A stretch of 64,000 nt of DNA. It comes from the human T2T-CHM13v2.0 reference genome, Homo sapiens. Below the pieces are notes generated by a model. The model had not been told where the DNA came from. It searched no databases and saw only the letters and a list, made by a program, of their open reading frames with translations. Location: NCBI RefSeq assembly GCF_009914755.1, contig NC_060940.1. One strand, 5' to 3'. The translations under genes and the position numbers were made by a program. Below, one piece after another: positions 1-14,089 of this stretch (its first letter is position 1; each line of letters begins with the position of its first letter).

Positions 1-980
1 ACTTTTGCATTCATGTAGATTGAAGATATGGCAGAGACCACCACCTCTGCCATCCTTCAGTAGCACTAATTTCTTCCATCTCCCTTGGGATGAGATATTA
101 TCTTTAATGGACTGGCTTTACAAGGGTTAGGAAGTGAGAAGCAGTTTCAGAGCATTCCACTTGCCTTTCCCCCACGATGATAACTCCTACCCTATAGGCC
201 AAGGACCAAAAGTATGAGTTAAACAAGTACGAAGAATGTCTGTCCCAATTACACATTTGAGAACCTGGGACATGACTGGGTGAGTCCATGGACCTCATAG
301 AACCATTGTAAGCTGAACTGTGGCCAGGACTTCATTTATCACCTGGTTTCCCCACTCTAACAGGGGGGTTATGATGGCACTTTGGGCCTCCAGGTGTCAA
401 TGTCAATTAGGTTCCTGTGTCCAGTAATCCTGGAAATAATTGGGCACACCCCGTTTCCCAGTATACAGCTACTCAAGTAAGTGGTAGTCAGTCCATGTGG
501 GAAAAGCCTGGAGGAATCATTACTGTTTGTACTTGCTGTGATGTTGCAGGGTCTTTCCTCCTGAAGAACTGGCCTCTCACTGGGTTTCAGGTTTGAAAAC
601 TGGCCCACGTCTAGCAAACATGGGCAAGGGATTGATCCTTATTATTGGGCGTGACTGTTCTCAGCATCCTGATTATTCATCCTTGATTCCTTTTCATTGT
701 ACAGATTGAGCAGCACTCTTGTTGACTTGATGCCATTTTCCATAACCATTCAAAACTCTCCGCAGGAAGGGTCTTCCTGGTTCCTCCTCCATACTTCCCA
801 ATCATTACGGCAAATGTATACCGGATGGTTAAACGTCACCATCTGGCCTCTAAAATCCCAGAGTGCTAACTGCCCCATTGCTATTGGTAAGCCCAGTTCT
901 GTTATGGCCTTTCCTACATTTAGCCTTGGCCTGCCAAGGAGCCAACACTGGGCTTCTAAGTGATACTGATGTCCCTCTTG
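1..980 (-). mobile_element. Degenerate ERVL-class internal sequence (gag/protease region)
   Basis: Minus strand translates in broken frames to GLLDTG..LTLTPGGPKCH..PPVRVG and GPWTHPV..KCVIGTDIL, resembling the HERV-L protease (GLLDTGSELTLIPGDPK..PPVRVG..GPRTHPVV..ECIIGIDIL). It probably resumes after the L1 at ~1690. Confidence 0.7.
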
Positions 981-991
981 CCAGCATATTT

Positions 992-1679
992 AGTTTTTTA
1001 TTTTAGTTTCAGAGGGTACATGTCCATGTTTGTTATATGGGTAGATGGTGTAATAGTGGGGATTGGGCTTCTAGTGTGCCAGTCATCCAAATATGGAACA
1101 TTGTTTCCAATAGGTAATCTTCCAACCCCCACTCGCCTATCTCCCTCCACCATTTTGCATTTCCCAGTGTCTATTGTTTCCATCTTTACGTCCATGTGTA
1201 CCCATTGTTTAGCTCCCACTTATAAGTGAGAACATGCAATATTTAATTTTCTGCTTCTGAGTTAGTTCACTTATAATAATGGCCTCCAGCTCTAACCATG
1301 TTGCTGCAAAAGACATGATTTCATTCTTTTTATAGCTGCATAGTATTCCATGGTGTATATGTACCACATGGTCTTTATCCAATCAACTGTTGATAGGCAC
1401 GGGTTGTTTCCATGATTTAATAGTGTTGTGACAGACCTACAAGTGCAGGTGTCTTTTTTATACAATAATTTATTTTCCTTTGGGTAGATATTCAGTAATG
1501 GGATTGCTGAGTCAAATGGTAGCTCTATTTGCAGCTCCTTGAGATATCTGCATGGTGTTTCCCATAGATATTGAACCAGTCTACATTCCCACCACCAGTG
1601 TATAAGCATTCCCTTTTCTCCACATCCATGCCAACACCTGTTGTTTTTTAACTTTTTCATAATGGCCATTCTGACTTCA
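992..1679 (-). mobile_element. 5'-truncated L1 3' end (L1PB/L1MA-like)
   Basis: ORF2 C-terminus in ORF 1292..1669 (MWYIYTMEYYAAIK), 3'UTR and T-rich tail; TSD ccagcatattt (981-991) / ccagcacattt (1680-1690). Confidence 0.9.
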
Positions 1680-2519
1680 CCAGCACATTTCTTATTTCCT
1701 TACTAAATAGTGTATCTTCCAAGCCTTTCCATGGCACATAATAATCTGCAAGACTTTCTGGCCTTAGTCAGAGCCTTTCAATCCTATTTCCACCATCTTG
1801 CACATAAATCCTGGCATTTCCACCTCACCTACCATGGGTCATCACTTTTTCCATGTCTCTAAAAATCATCCTAGTAGCAGTTCCACACCATCTCCTGGGT
1901 AACCTCATCATCTTCTGTTGCCTTCTCAACAATTCCATTGTCTGTATAATCATTTTTTGCATTAAATTCTCTCATTTTAAATACTTAGAAGTGTTTCTGC
2001 TTTCCTGGTTAGACCTAAGTGATTCTCCACTCAATATCTCCAGATGGAAACTCCCTGCGGGAAGGAACCATCTGTTCTCCATCTTTGAGGCATTTAACTA
2101 AGTACCCGACATTTAGTAAGTGCTTAGAAGAAGTTTGATTAATTTACTGGCCCGTATTAACATGGAGGATAATTTCTCTAGCTACAAATGTCTGCCACTT
2201 GTGTAGTGAAAGGTAACTTCTTTAACATAAAGATGGTAAAGCACTACCCCTTGAAAAAAAAATTAGAAATATCCCTGTTTTCAGTAGAAAGGAGCATTTT
2301 AGACTACTTTTAAAGATAATAAACTGGCAAATGCTCCTTCCATTACAGTTTTGTTTCTATGCCTGTTTTAGTCATTAGCAGAAAGTTTCTTGCCAAAACT
2401 CCTGAAAATTGATTACCAAAGTCACCCCACAATATAGGCACAATTTCCTCTTCTCTCCTATCCCTGTGACTATTTCACAATGTTTTTCTTTCCACCATTA
2501 AGTCTTGAACTACAGAAAA

Positions 2520-2670
2520 CCTCAGCCATTGATTTCCAACCCTTTTATTTTATAAGTGAAGATACAAAAAGATGCAAGGAAGATAAATGATTTGTCCAAA
2601 GTCACAAAGTTAGGCAAAGCCAGGACTAAAACTTAGGTTTCCTGACTCCTAGCATGGTTTTCTTCCCACC
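2520..2670 (-). mobile_element. MIR fragment
   Basis: MIR core-like tgatttgtccaaagtcacaaagttag...aggtttcctgactcc. Confidence 0.6.
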
Positions 2671-3115
2671 ACCCAGCCCGCCCACCTTCCTAGAATCACC
2701 AGAAAGCTGTTACAGTATTGCAGCTTAGTGAAACATCAAAGAAGACAATCTTTTCATCCAAGCCTCTGGAAGTCCAAGCTATGTCAGTAACACTTTGAGA
2801 AGTGTAGTTTTTATCTGTTCAATATATATTTATTGAATATTTCAATTACCACACATTGTGGTAATTCACTCTGGATACAGAGTGGTGAAATGGGGGCATT
2901 GTAAATAATAGTAGTAGTAAAAAGAAGAGAAAAATAAGAAAAGGAGAAGAAAATGGAGGATGAGGAGGAGTGGTAGAGGAAGAGGAAGAGAAGCAAATGT
3001 GGTTTCTGCTCTTGTGAAGCTTTGAGATTAGCGCTTATGTCTATAGAAGCATTTGGAAAGTAAAACTTACAAAAAAAGTCACACTAGAACACAGAAACTA
3101 AGGGTCAGTCTAATT

Positions 3116-3215
3116 CAGGGCTCAGCAGTCTATGTCCCACGGACCGAATCCAATTTGCAGCAGGTTTTGTACAGCCTACATGGTAAGAAGGTTTCTACAT
3201 TTTTAAGGAATGTAA

Positions 3216-3272
<57 letters not shown>

Positions 3273-3345
3273 GTGACACAGAACCTAGGTGGCCCACAAA
3301 GCCTAAAATACTTACTATTTTGCCCTTTTACTGACTCCTGGTCTA
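3116..3345. mobile_element. MER58A-like hAT-Charlie element
   Basis: cagggctcagcagtctat...ggcccacaaagcctaaaatacttactattttgcccttt...gactcctg. Confidence 0.75.
3218..3272. repeat. (CA)n(GA)n compound microsatellite
   Basis: Seen directly in the sequence. Confidence 0.97.
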
Positions 3346-3359
3346 ACGTCAAAGAAATA

Positions 3360-3710
3360 CAGATTGAGCATTTCTAACCCAAAAATCTGAAATCCAAAAT
3401 GCTCCTAAATCTGAATTTTTTTGAGCATTCACGTGAAATCACAAGTGGAAAACTTCACATCTGACCTCATGTGATGTATCACAGTCAAAACTTTGTTTCA
3501 TGCACAAAATTACTGAAAATATTATATAAAATTATCTTCAAGCTATGTGTATAAAATGTATATAAAACGTATGTGAATTTCGTGTTTAGACTTGGGTTCC
3601 ATCCCCAAGATACCTCATTATGTATATGTAAATATTCCAAAATCCAAAAAAATTCCAAAATCTGAAATACTTCTGGTCTCAAGCGTTTCAGATAAGGAAT
3701 GCTCAACCTG
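3360..3710. mobile_element. Tigger4b/MER46-type TcMar DNA transposon
   Basis: TA-flanked terminal inverted repeats cagattgagcatt ... aatgctcaacctg; ~350 bp. Confidence 0.85.
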
Positions 3711-4185
3711 TATTGAGCATTCGTTGGATTTGCCTTCCCAGCATGCTTCCCTCCCCCACTCTCAGACATATCTTCTAGATGGGGCTGGCCTCGCCTCTAC
3801 CTCCAGTGTGAAGTATGATTCGTACTTAAGCAAATTCTCCTTCCCTGTTGTAATGTTCAGGAATAGGTACATGGCTCCACTCTGGCCAACGTACTTCTGA
3901 AATCCATAGAGGGAAAGAAGCTCTCTTTCTCTCTGGAATTGGAACCAGAAGGGTGTAAGCCTGAGCCACTGGGGTCCATAATGTGGAGACAGAAGGGCTG
4001 AAAAGAGGAAAGCAGACCAGTCCTGGTAACATTGTTTCACTTTTTTGCTTGTAGGTTCCTGTTACTTGCAACCTAAACAGTCTTCAGAAGGTCAAGGAGA
4101 AACCATGATAAATAATACCTATTCCGTCCCTTAATCAAGAAGGAATACTCAGAGTACTTTCCTAAATCTTGTATTATTCTGGAAA

Positions 4186-4696
4186 TGTTACCAACCAATG
4201 GACCCACTGCATAGAAGCCAATACTATGGCACCAGCTTTTGAAAAAAGAAAAAGCTTTATTGCAAGTCGACTGGCAAGGAGACAGGAGGCAACGCTCAAG
4301 TCTGTCTCTCCCAGCTGGGATCTGGGAGCAGACTTTACAGGCAGAGCATAACTATGCAGGAGACAGGAAAATGCAACAAGGTGTGATCGGATGGGCCATG
4401 CAAAGAGGCAGTGTTGGGACCTTGGCCTGTAAGTCTATATTGAAACAACACAGGGCCCCCCTCGTTTCTTAATTTGGTCCCTGTTCCTCAATCTGAGCAG
4501 TTAGGCTCCACATGTGATAGACTTTTTTGTTGCTTCTAGTTCTGAAGTCACGAATTGGGCATGGTTTGTTCATCTGGCTTGCACACTTTATGTGACTTGC
4601 AACCTGGAGGTCCCCTGCACTTAAAAACTGTTCATCGCTTTGCTGCATTTCATTACTGACAAAGCTGAACAAGATTGAACTGGTTCTGCAGTTCCA
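4186..4696 (-). mobile_element. Solo LTR, ERV1 (MER4-group-like)
   Basis: TG...CA termini, 4-bp TSD GAAA (4182-4185 / 4697-4700), minus-strand AATAAA near 4256. Confidence 0.7.
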
Positions 4697-5136
4697 GAAA
4701 CTGCTAAGTCGCAAACCAATGGAATTACAAGGTCCAAGATTTCTTTCCTTTCTGTTACCTTTATACGCCTCATCATGGCACACCTCCAAAGCCTGCGGAT
4801 ACCTCAGAAGCTGCACCATTAAAAACACACATCAACCAACCCCTGGTTCCAGTGAGTTTTACTTGGATCCTCCCCAGTGCTTACGTAACATTTGCAAAGT
4901 TCTTTGAAATGGGAACAATTCTGAAGATTTTATTCAATTCTCCAAGGCTTATTTTGTAGTAGTAGCAGCATTTTCACGTCGTAGCAATGAAGCACTGTTT
5001 TCTCTCCTGGTAATTCGTCCTGTTATCTAGTGTTTTCACTGCCAGACACTTCCTCATTTGCAACAGGATTTTGCCTTTCTTAATTTCAGACAACTTTAGA
5101 AAATTCAAGCTGGAAAAGACTAGCAACCATCAACTC

Positions 5137-5636
5137 CTGTGTTTCCCAAAGTGTGGGACACATAACACTGGCGGGTGTCAAGTTAATTCTTGGCATTACG
5201 CAAACATAGACACGACATTAAATACTTCTGAAATGTCGTGTATCAAAGTTATATTCCCACCTCAATTTTCTTTCCCTCTGTTGATTATAAAGACAAGGAA
5301 CATCTTAGCCTGGTGTTAATATATCTTTAGTGACTCTAGACTTATTAATCTCCCTTTTTCCCATATGGAGAGCCGACCTCAAACCTCACCTTCAGCAGGC
5401 CACAGTATCTCGCTAGAACTTCCTCATTTTGTTCCCATGTAATTATTTTCACACTTACATTCTATTTACAGAAAAATATACTGGTTTTCCATTTATAATC
5501 GATATAAAATTCTTTTTAAATAAAATGTTTGTGTTTTAAATGAGGCTATTTAAGGAATATATTAAGTACATTGCCCAGGTGTTTTACAAATATGACAAAA
5601 AATTAACATGAGTAATTTAGTTTTTGGAATCATTGA
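5137..5636. mobile_element. MER113-like hAT-Charlie element
   Basis: ctgtgtttcccaaagtgtgg start, internal cttattaatctcccttttt, end tttttggaatcattg. Confidence 0.65.
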
Positions 5637-5652
5637 TTTAATGCAAATCCTT

Positions 5653-6215
5653 TCTTTTTTTAGATTTTTTTATTTTTTAAATTGTTTGTGGGTACATAGT
5701 GGTTGTATATATTTATGGGGTACATGAGATGTTTTGATACAGGCATGCAATATGAAATGAACATATCATGGAGAAAGGGGCATCCATCCCCTCAAGCATT
5801 TATCCTTTGAGTTACAAATAATCCAATTACATTTTTTATTTTAGAATATACAATTAAGTTATTAATGACTGTAGTCACCCTCTTGTGCTATCAAATAGGT
5901 CTTAATCATTCTTTCTATGTTTTTGTACCCATTAATTATCCTCACCTTCCCTTCAACCCCACTATCCTTCCCAGCCTCTGGTCATCATCCTTCCACTCTC
6001 TATGACCATGAGTTCAATTGTTTTGATTTTTAGATCCCACAGATAAGTGAAAACTTGCAATGTTTGTCTTTCTGTTCCTGGCTTATTTCTCTTAACATCA
6101 TGATCTCCAGTTCTATTCATGTTGTTGCAAATAACTGGATCTCACTCTTTTTTATGGCTTAATAATACTCCATTGTGTATATGTACCATATTTTCTTTAT
6201 CCATTCATCTGTTAA
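5653..6215 (-). mobile_element. L1MA 3' end
   Basis: tgggtacatagtggttgtatatatttatggggtacatgagatgttttgatac 3'UTR signature with T-tail. Confidence 0.9.
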
Positions 6216-6279
6216 AACACTTTATCATCAGAGGGTCATATAAATCCTTGTCTTGTTTCATTTCATTTTAGTATGTTTT

Positions 6280-7380
6280 GCCTGTCATCGTGATTCCTTC
6301 TCCCATTCCCTTCCACCTCATAATGGCACCCATTTTAATGTGTTTGGTAAATGTACTTATATTCGTATGTGCCTTTGGAAAAATAAATAGCATTGTTTTA
6401 TGTACATTTGTATGTACATACATGGAATTTTGCTATAGATCCAATTCCGGTGCTTACTTTTTTCTTTCAATGATGTTCTTATGAATTATTTACTTTCATT
6501 GCTTGTAACTGCAGCATAATATTCTACAGTGTGCATCTACCATTTTTTTAATCTAGTCCCCATTAATGAACATCTAAGTTCCTTCTAATTATTTCCTGCC
6601 CCCAGACAATGCTATAGTGAACATCCTCATGTATGTTTCCTTGCACACTTATATGCCAGTGTCTCTGAAGTTTTACCCAAGAATGAGATTGCTAGATAAT
6701 ACAATGCTTAATTTTACTAAATGCTACTGGTTTGTGCTAAGAACATCTGGATACGTTTAAACTATCAAAGAAGTACATACAATTTGCCGATTCTCAACAT
6801 TCTTGCCAACATTTGTTATTCTTTAAATTTTTAATGTTTACAAATCTTATGGGCATAAGGTGGTGTCTCCTTGTTGTCTTAATCTGTATTTCTCTGATTG
6901 TAAGTGAGGTTGAGCATTAGTTCACGTACTTGTTATCAATCGAGATTTCCTCATCTGAAAATTACCTGATTATAATTTTTTACTTTTCATCTTTCATGTT
7001 TCTTGTTCATTAAAAAAATAGCTCCTTGTATATTCTAGATATTGACATTGTAAAAATTATCTGCCAACCGGTGTCCCTTGGATGGCTATGTATGTGATAT
7101 ACTTTGTTAAACAGAAATCCTTAATTTTGGTTTCTGCCTTCCTACCCTAAATTTACAAAGATGTTTTCATAGGTTTTCTTCAATTATCTTAATATTTCAC
7201 CTTTCACATTCAGGTCTTTAATCCATCTGGAGTTAGGTCTTGTTTATGATGTGAGTTAGAAATCCAGTCTTATTTTTTTCCACATACAGAAGTCAGCAAG
7301 TTTCCCCAAAACACCTATTGACTGATCCATCTTTTACCATTTATTTGTGGTATTATCTCTGTCATATAAATTGTCCCATA
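6280..7380 (-). mobile_element. Old L1 (L1ME-like) 3' region
   Basis: Degenerate ORF2-end/3'UTR motifs (gctatagtgaacatcc, tgaggttgagcat, cacattcaggtctttaatccatctggag). Confidence 0.65.
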
Positions 7381-7739
7381 TATATGTATATACATATATA
7401 GCAATTATTCATAAGTCAGAAGAGAGTAAATGTAAAGTGTTTTAATGTCTTTGTATTATCCTAGAGAAGAACAAAATAATAATTTTCAGATTTTAATAAA
7501 TTAAAAATTCATGATATAATGGCAACATATTGCATAAATACATATAAATTCCAAACTAATAGTAGGGGTAAAATAATAAACTACTGTATAGATCCAAAAG
7601 AATATAAGAAAGGAGATAAAAATACACATAGACCATATGGAACAAATGGAAGTCACATAGTAAGATTGTCAATCATTACATTAAATACAGATGGACTCAT
7701 CATTCCAATTAAAGACCAAATCATTTCAACTGGATATGG

Positions 7740-8455
7740 TTTTAACTGATAAATAAAAATTGTATACATTTATAGTATACAGTATGGTATTTTGATATAT
7801 GTATACATTATAGAATGCCTAAATCAAGCTAATTGACATATGCATTACCTCACATAACTTTTTGTGTGTTCAGAAGACTTAAAATCTGCTCTCATAGTAA
7901 TTTTTAAGTGTACAATACATTGTTATTAACTATAGTCACCAGGTCATACAAGGAATCTCTTGACTTACTCCTCTGGTCTAATTGAAATTTTGTACTTCCT
8001 GACTAACATTTCACCAATCCTCTCCCATTTCACAGCCCCTGGTAACCACCATTCTACTCTCTCCTTCTATGAGTTCAACTTTGTTAGATTCCACATGTAA
8101 ATGAGATCACGTGGTATTTTTCTTCTGTGCCTGGCTTACTTCACTTAACGTGTGTCCTCCAGGTTTATCCATGTTGCTGCAAATGGCAGACTTTCCTTCG
8201 TTTGAGGCTGAATAGTGTTCCACTGTGTATACATACCATGCTTCCTCTATCAATTCATTTGCCAATTAACACTTAGGTTGATTTCATATCTTGGTTATCG
8301 TGAATAACACTACAACGAACATGGGAATGCAGATATCTCTTAGACATACAGACTTCATTTCTTGTAGATATATACCCTGTAGTGGGATTGATGAATCGTA
8401 TGATAATTCTACTTTTAATTTTTTGAGGAAACTCCATAGTGTTTTCCATAATGTC
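7740..8455 (-). mobile_element. L1MA 3' end nested in older L1
   Basis: aaatcaagctaattgacatatgcattacctcacat ... ttttgaggaaactccatagtgttttccataat. Confidence 0.85.
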
Positions 8456-8927
8456 AATTGGATATTTTTAAATTAAGTTGTTTACAAAAGAGATATCTAA
8501 AACTAAGAATAAAGAAAGTTAACATGTTTTTCTGCCCTTTATTTTTAAAAGGGCAGAAAAAATACATCATACAATCATTAAATTTTAAAATACATTAGGA
8601 TCAGACAAAGTAGACTTTAAGGCTAAAAGCCTTATTATAATAAAATTTTCAATTCTTCCCAGAGATATAGTAACTAGAAGTTTGTGTGCACCAATAACAT
8701 AGCCTCAAAACATATAAAGCAAAATTTGACAAGATACAAAGGAGACAAGTACACACAGTGAGAGCTTACAGAACAAACAATTGAAAGAATAAGCTTTTAG
8801 TGATAGCTTACAGAGCAAACATATGAAGACCAGTAAAAATCTAGAATATTTGAACTACACAATCATAAAATTGACTTCATGGACTTCTATAGAACATTGA
8901 ACCCAATAACTGCAAAAAGTGCATATT

Positions 8928-9300
8928 TGATATGGTTTGGCTTTGTTTCCACCCAAATTTCATCTTGAATTAGTTTCCATAATCCCCATGTGTGGCAGAA
9001 GGGGCCCAGTGGGAGGTAATTGAATCATGGTGGCAGTTTCACCCATGCTATTCTCATGATAGTAAGTTCTCACAAGCTCTTACGGTTTTACATGGGGCTT
9101 CCCCCTTTGCTCAGCTGTCATTCTTCTCTTTCCTGTTGCCATATGAAAAACGATGTGTTTGCTTCCTCTTCCATCATGATTGTAAGTTTCCTGAGGCCTC
9201 CCCAGCCATGCGGAACTGTGAGTCAATTAAACCTCTTTCCTTTATAAATAACCTAGTCTTGAGTATGTCCTTATAGCAGCGTGAGAATGAACTAATACTG
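8928..9300. mobile_element. THE1 MaLR solo LTR
   Basis: tgatatggtttggct...gtaagtttcctgaggcctccccagccatg...gaactaatac. Confidence 0.92.
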
Positions 9301-9935
9301 TATTCTTTTCAATACTAATATATGTATGCTTTTTTGGAATATTTACAAATACTGATGGTCCATAAAACAAGTTTCAAAAAACTGTCTAAGACTTTAAATC
9401 ATTATCATATGTTTTCTGTTCCTAATTCAGTCAGGTTATACATCAAATATAAGTGAAAAAAGAAAGGAAAATACATCTATTTGTAAATCTAAAAATACAC
9501 GTTTATAAACATCTATAGGACAAAAATTACAACAAAAAGTTATACACATTTTAGCTGAATGACAAAATGATATTGTTATGAGCTTCAGATAGACTCATGC
9601 CTTAAGAAAAATTTATAGCTTTATTAGAAAAAGAGAAAGATGGAAAAAGAGCTAAGTATGTATGTCAATAAGATTCAAAAATAACAGAGGAAGTCTAAAA
9701 ACATATAGAAATGGAAGTTAACTAAATAAAAATTAAACATCAACAAATAAAACCAACGAATCCAAAAATTAATTCTAGGAGAAGCTGCTAAAACTAATAA
9801 ACCCATAGGAGACTCCAAGAAAAGTAGATAGAAGGCACAAATAAAGTCAGAAATTAAAAATCGGATGACACTACAGACCCTATTGAAGTTAGAAAGATCA
9901 TAAAGGGATATTATGATTTTATGCCAATAAATTTA

Positions 9936-10388
9936 ATTGATGCAAAACTATGGAACCAACCTAAATGCCCATCAACCAATGAGTAGATAAAGAAAATGTG
10001 GTATATACATCATGGAATACTACTCAGCCATAAAAAGGAATAAAATAATGTGTTTTGCAGTAATTTGGATGGAGCTGGAGGCCAGCATTCTAAGTGAAGT
10101 AATTCAGGAATGTAAAATCGAATATCATATGTTCTCGCTTATAAGTGAGTGCTAAGCTATGAGGATGCAAAGGCATAACCATTATATAATGGACTTTGGA
10201 GACTTGGGCAGAAGGATAGGAAGGGATGAGAGATAAAAGACTACATATTGGGTACAATATACACTGCTCAGGTGACAGGTGCACCAAAATCCTAGAAATC
10301 ACCACTAAAGAACTTATCCATGTAATGAAAAACCACCTCTGCCCCAAAAACTCTTGAAATAAAAAATTAAATTAAATTTTAAAAAATA
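9936..10388 (+). mobile_element. L1PB 3' end
   Basis: catggaatactactcagccataaaaagg, gctatgaggatgcaaaggcataa, atcaccactaaagaacttatccatgt. Confidence 0.9.
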
Positions 10389-10743
<355 letters not shown>

Positions 10744-11092
10744 CTAACATAAAAAGAGATGGAAATAGAAAATATGGATAGTCAAGCATTCAATTACAGA
10801 AAATATTCATTTTCAAATGGAGCCTTTAGCCTAAATCATAGAGAAAAGACAAACTGGTGATCTCTGCGCTAACTCCTGTTATGGACATTTTTTATGACCC
10901 TAATTTTTTATTAGCTCTGAATGACTTTATACTAGCATATGTTCCTCACTTCACCACAGATTCCACCTTCTGTTTCACTGATTGAAGTTACCTTCTGATG
11001 CCCTTATATATTTAGGTTTGTAACCCCAGAAATAACTAAAAATCATTAAAATTGTTCTAATTTCAAATGGTTGCATAAAAAGAGATCTACCT

Positions 11093-11300
11093 AAGTAGGA
11101 GCTGAACGATAAGAATACATAGACACAGTGAGGGGAACATCACACACCAGGGCCTGTCAGGGGGTGCGGGGCTTAAAACCTAGATGATGGGTTGATAGGT
11201 GCAGCAAACCACCATGGCACATGTATACCTATGTAACAAACCTGCATGTTCTGCACATGTATCCCAGAACTTAAAGTAAAATAAAATTAAAATTTTTAAA
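11093..11300 (+). mobile_element. Short L1PA 3' end
   Basis: gcagcaaaccaccatggcacatgtatacctatgtaacaaacctgc...cccagaacttaaagtaaa. Confidence 0.9.
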
Positions 11301-11507
11301 AAAGAGAGATGTAGCTAATGCTGCTTTTTTAAACTTACCGAATTTAGACATTTACAAGTACCTCCAAGGGAATTTTCTCATTTGGGGGAAGTTTTGAGGT
11401 GTGACATAATTATTATATGTAACTGTACCCATTTGCATGTCAATAGACTCATTCCAGTTATGATACTTAGCCATAGTTAGCCAAACTGCAGTGATTAGAA
11501 GAAATAG

Positions 11508-11810
<303 letters not shown>

Positions 11811-12421
11811 TTCCCTTTATTTCTAACACCAACTATAAGTTTGGGAAATTCCAAAACTACCCTCGGTTTTTATAATTTCCCAGAAGGACTTAGAGAACTC
11901 ATTGAAAGCTACTATATTCATGGTTATGGTTTACACGGAAAGGATACAAATTCAAAACAGCAAAATGAAGAGATACCTAAGGAAGAATCTGAGGGGGTTA
12001 CAAACATGAAGTTTCCATTGTCAACTCCATGGAGTCAGGATGTGATACACTCCCAGTATTGATATGTGTCAATATGCAAGGAGTATTGCCAACCAGGGAA
12101 ACATACCCAAGCCCCAGAGCTCAGAGTTTTTGTTGAAGCTTCATTACACAGGCATAATTGATCAACTGATTGCCCAAGTTGCTGAGTTCAGTCTCCATGT
12201 CAATTGATCCAAACCCCTACTATCAATCGTATGATTGGTCTTTCTGACATGGCCCACCCCTACCCTAAGACTATGGGTATGGCTGGCCCTACTCTAAGAT
12301 CTAGTGTGGCCACCTACCACTCTGAACAATTACACTCCTGTCAGGTATAACATAGAATACCTCCCAGAAGCTGAAGGCAAAGCCAGACCTCTCCTTAGTC
12401 AAGGCCAAATTCTTTACTACA
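11811..12421. mobile_element. MER21-like LTR
   Basis: gaaggacttagagaactcattgaaagctactatattcatggttatggttt ... aggccaaattctttactaca. Confidence 0.7.
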
Positions 12422-14089
12422 CAGTACTGACAAATAAATGATGGTCCTTAATTCAAACCCTCTGGAGTCAGATCTATCAACCCATTTATATATAGACAGG
12501 ACCACTTGCAAAGGGGCCAGTTTCAACAAAGGGGCTATTAAAAAAAAAAAAAAGACAGAGAAACTAAAATGCAAAGTATTATCATCTTACTGTATTCGAC
12601 AGGAGACCTTGCCTCATGATTCTTAATATTACATCCCTGAATAACTCACTTGAGATCCCAGCTGATTGGCTAAGGTAATGCCAACAAAACAAAAAGATTA
12701 AGACACACTGAAAACTCACTCTGCCTCTTCCTGTTAACTGAAGTTTTAGTATTACTTTCCTTCCCCAGCAATGTATGTGGGGAACTGAAGAGATCTTCAC
12801 TACAGAATAAGCAGCTTTATACCTTTGTTTTGTGTCTGACACCTTTCAGAAGAAAAAAATAATAATTTAACATGTCTCTTCTATTTAAGTTGCTTGACAA
12901 CCAGACTACCCAACCACAAAGAGATCGTGGGCGTCATCGAAACAAGCCTTGGGGTTTTTTATTGTACTAGTCACATAATATCCTTCAATAAAGTGGTCAT
13001 TTGCCTTTTAAACATCAAACTTAAAAATTCTTATTTGTCAGTGATTATATATTCTCTGGAAACACTATTATGAAATTCTCTGAACAGGAAGCACTCTTTG
13101 TGAATTTAAAATATGATTTACAAATGGGATTTTTAGGAGCATAACATAATACACAGTAAGATCCACCTTGCTGATTTGTTTAGCAGAATCTTTTTTTCAT
13201 AAATGGTATAATGGTAACATTTAGCCCAGGCTGTGTTTGAATTATCACAGATTGTGAATTAATGGCATCTCTGTTTGGCATAGTATCTTATGCACAGCAA
13301 GTGCTAAATAAATATTTGTTGTATTGAATTGAATTTGTGCATGCTCTATTATACATTCATGTTAAAGCTCAAAGAACTTGAGATAAGAGGCTAATGGGCT
13401 GAAGGGTAAAATGAGTTCAATTGTTCAAATCCAGGAATCTACATGAAAAGATACTAATTCATCTGCCATGTGTTTTGTTGAGGAAAAGCACATTTGATCA
13501 GCACTGATAAGACAACAGAACAAATCACAGAGCCTGTGTCACTTTTTTTCCAAATCCACAGTAACATATATATTCATCTTGTCAGATTGCTATATAAATA
13601 GATGAGGTAAAACAACATGGCATTTGTTGTACTTCAATTACTTTCTTGTATAATGTCAAGAAGTAAAAGCTAACAAACCATAACTTTTCTTGACATTTCC
13701 TCCCTCAAGTGACCAATGATGGATTTGCCTTTAAAAAGCATTCATCATTTTAAAGAAGGGTAGAGACAGTAGATTTCTTTGTGTTATTTTTTTTTTCCAT
13801 TTTTTAAGCCAGTGGTTAAATTGAAAAGCCCAGCTCTCCTGCAGACGGGAACCAAACCTGGTTGATAAGATTATATGTTTCTAATCCTGGGGGATGTTTG
13901 AAGTCATCCAAGTAGAGAGGGCATTTGCTGTCATAAATGGTCCAGAGATAGAACTGAATTCCCAGAGAGGCCAAGAGGCCACCGTCACCATCACAGCCCC
14001 CTCCTTCCCCCTGCCTTCAACCTACATTCCCATTAAACAGTGTACACTTTGCCAAGCAAACCTTTTTATGTGGCCAGATCTGACAGCCC

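Larger units (their letters stand above)
7400..9935 (+). mobile_element. Fragmented old L1M ORF2 5' region with nested inserts
   Basis: A-rich sequence with endonuclease-like remnants (SIITLNTDGL, tcagacaaagtagacttta). Confidence 0.6.
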
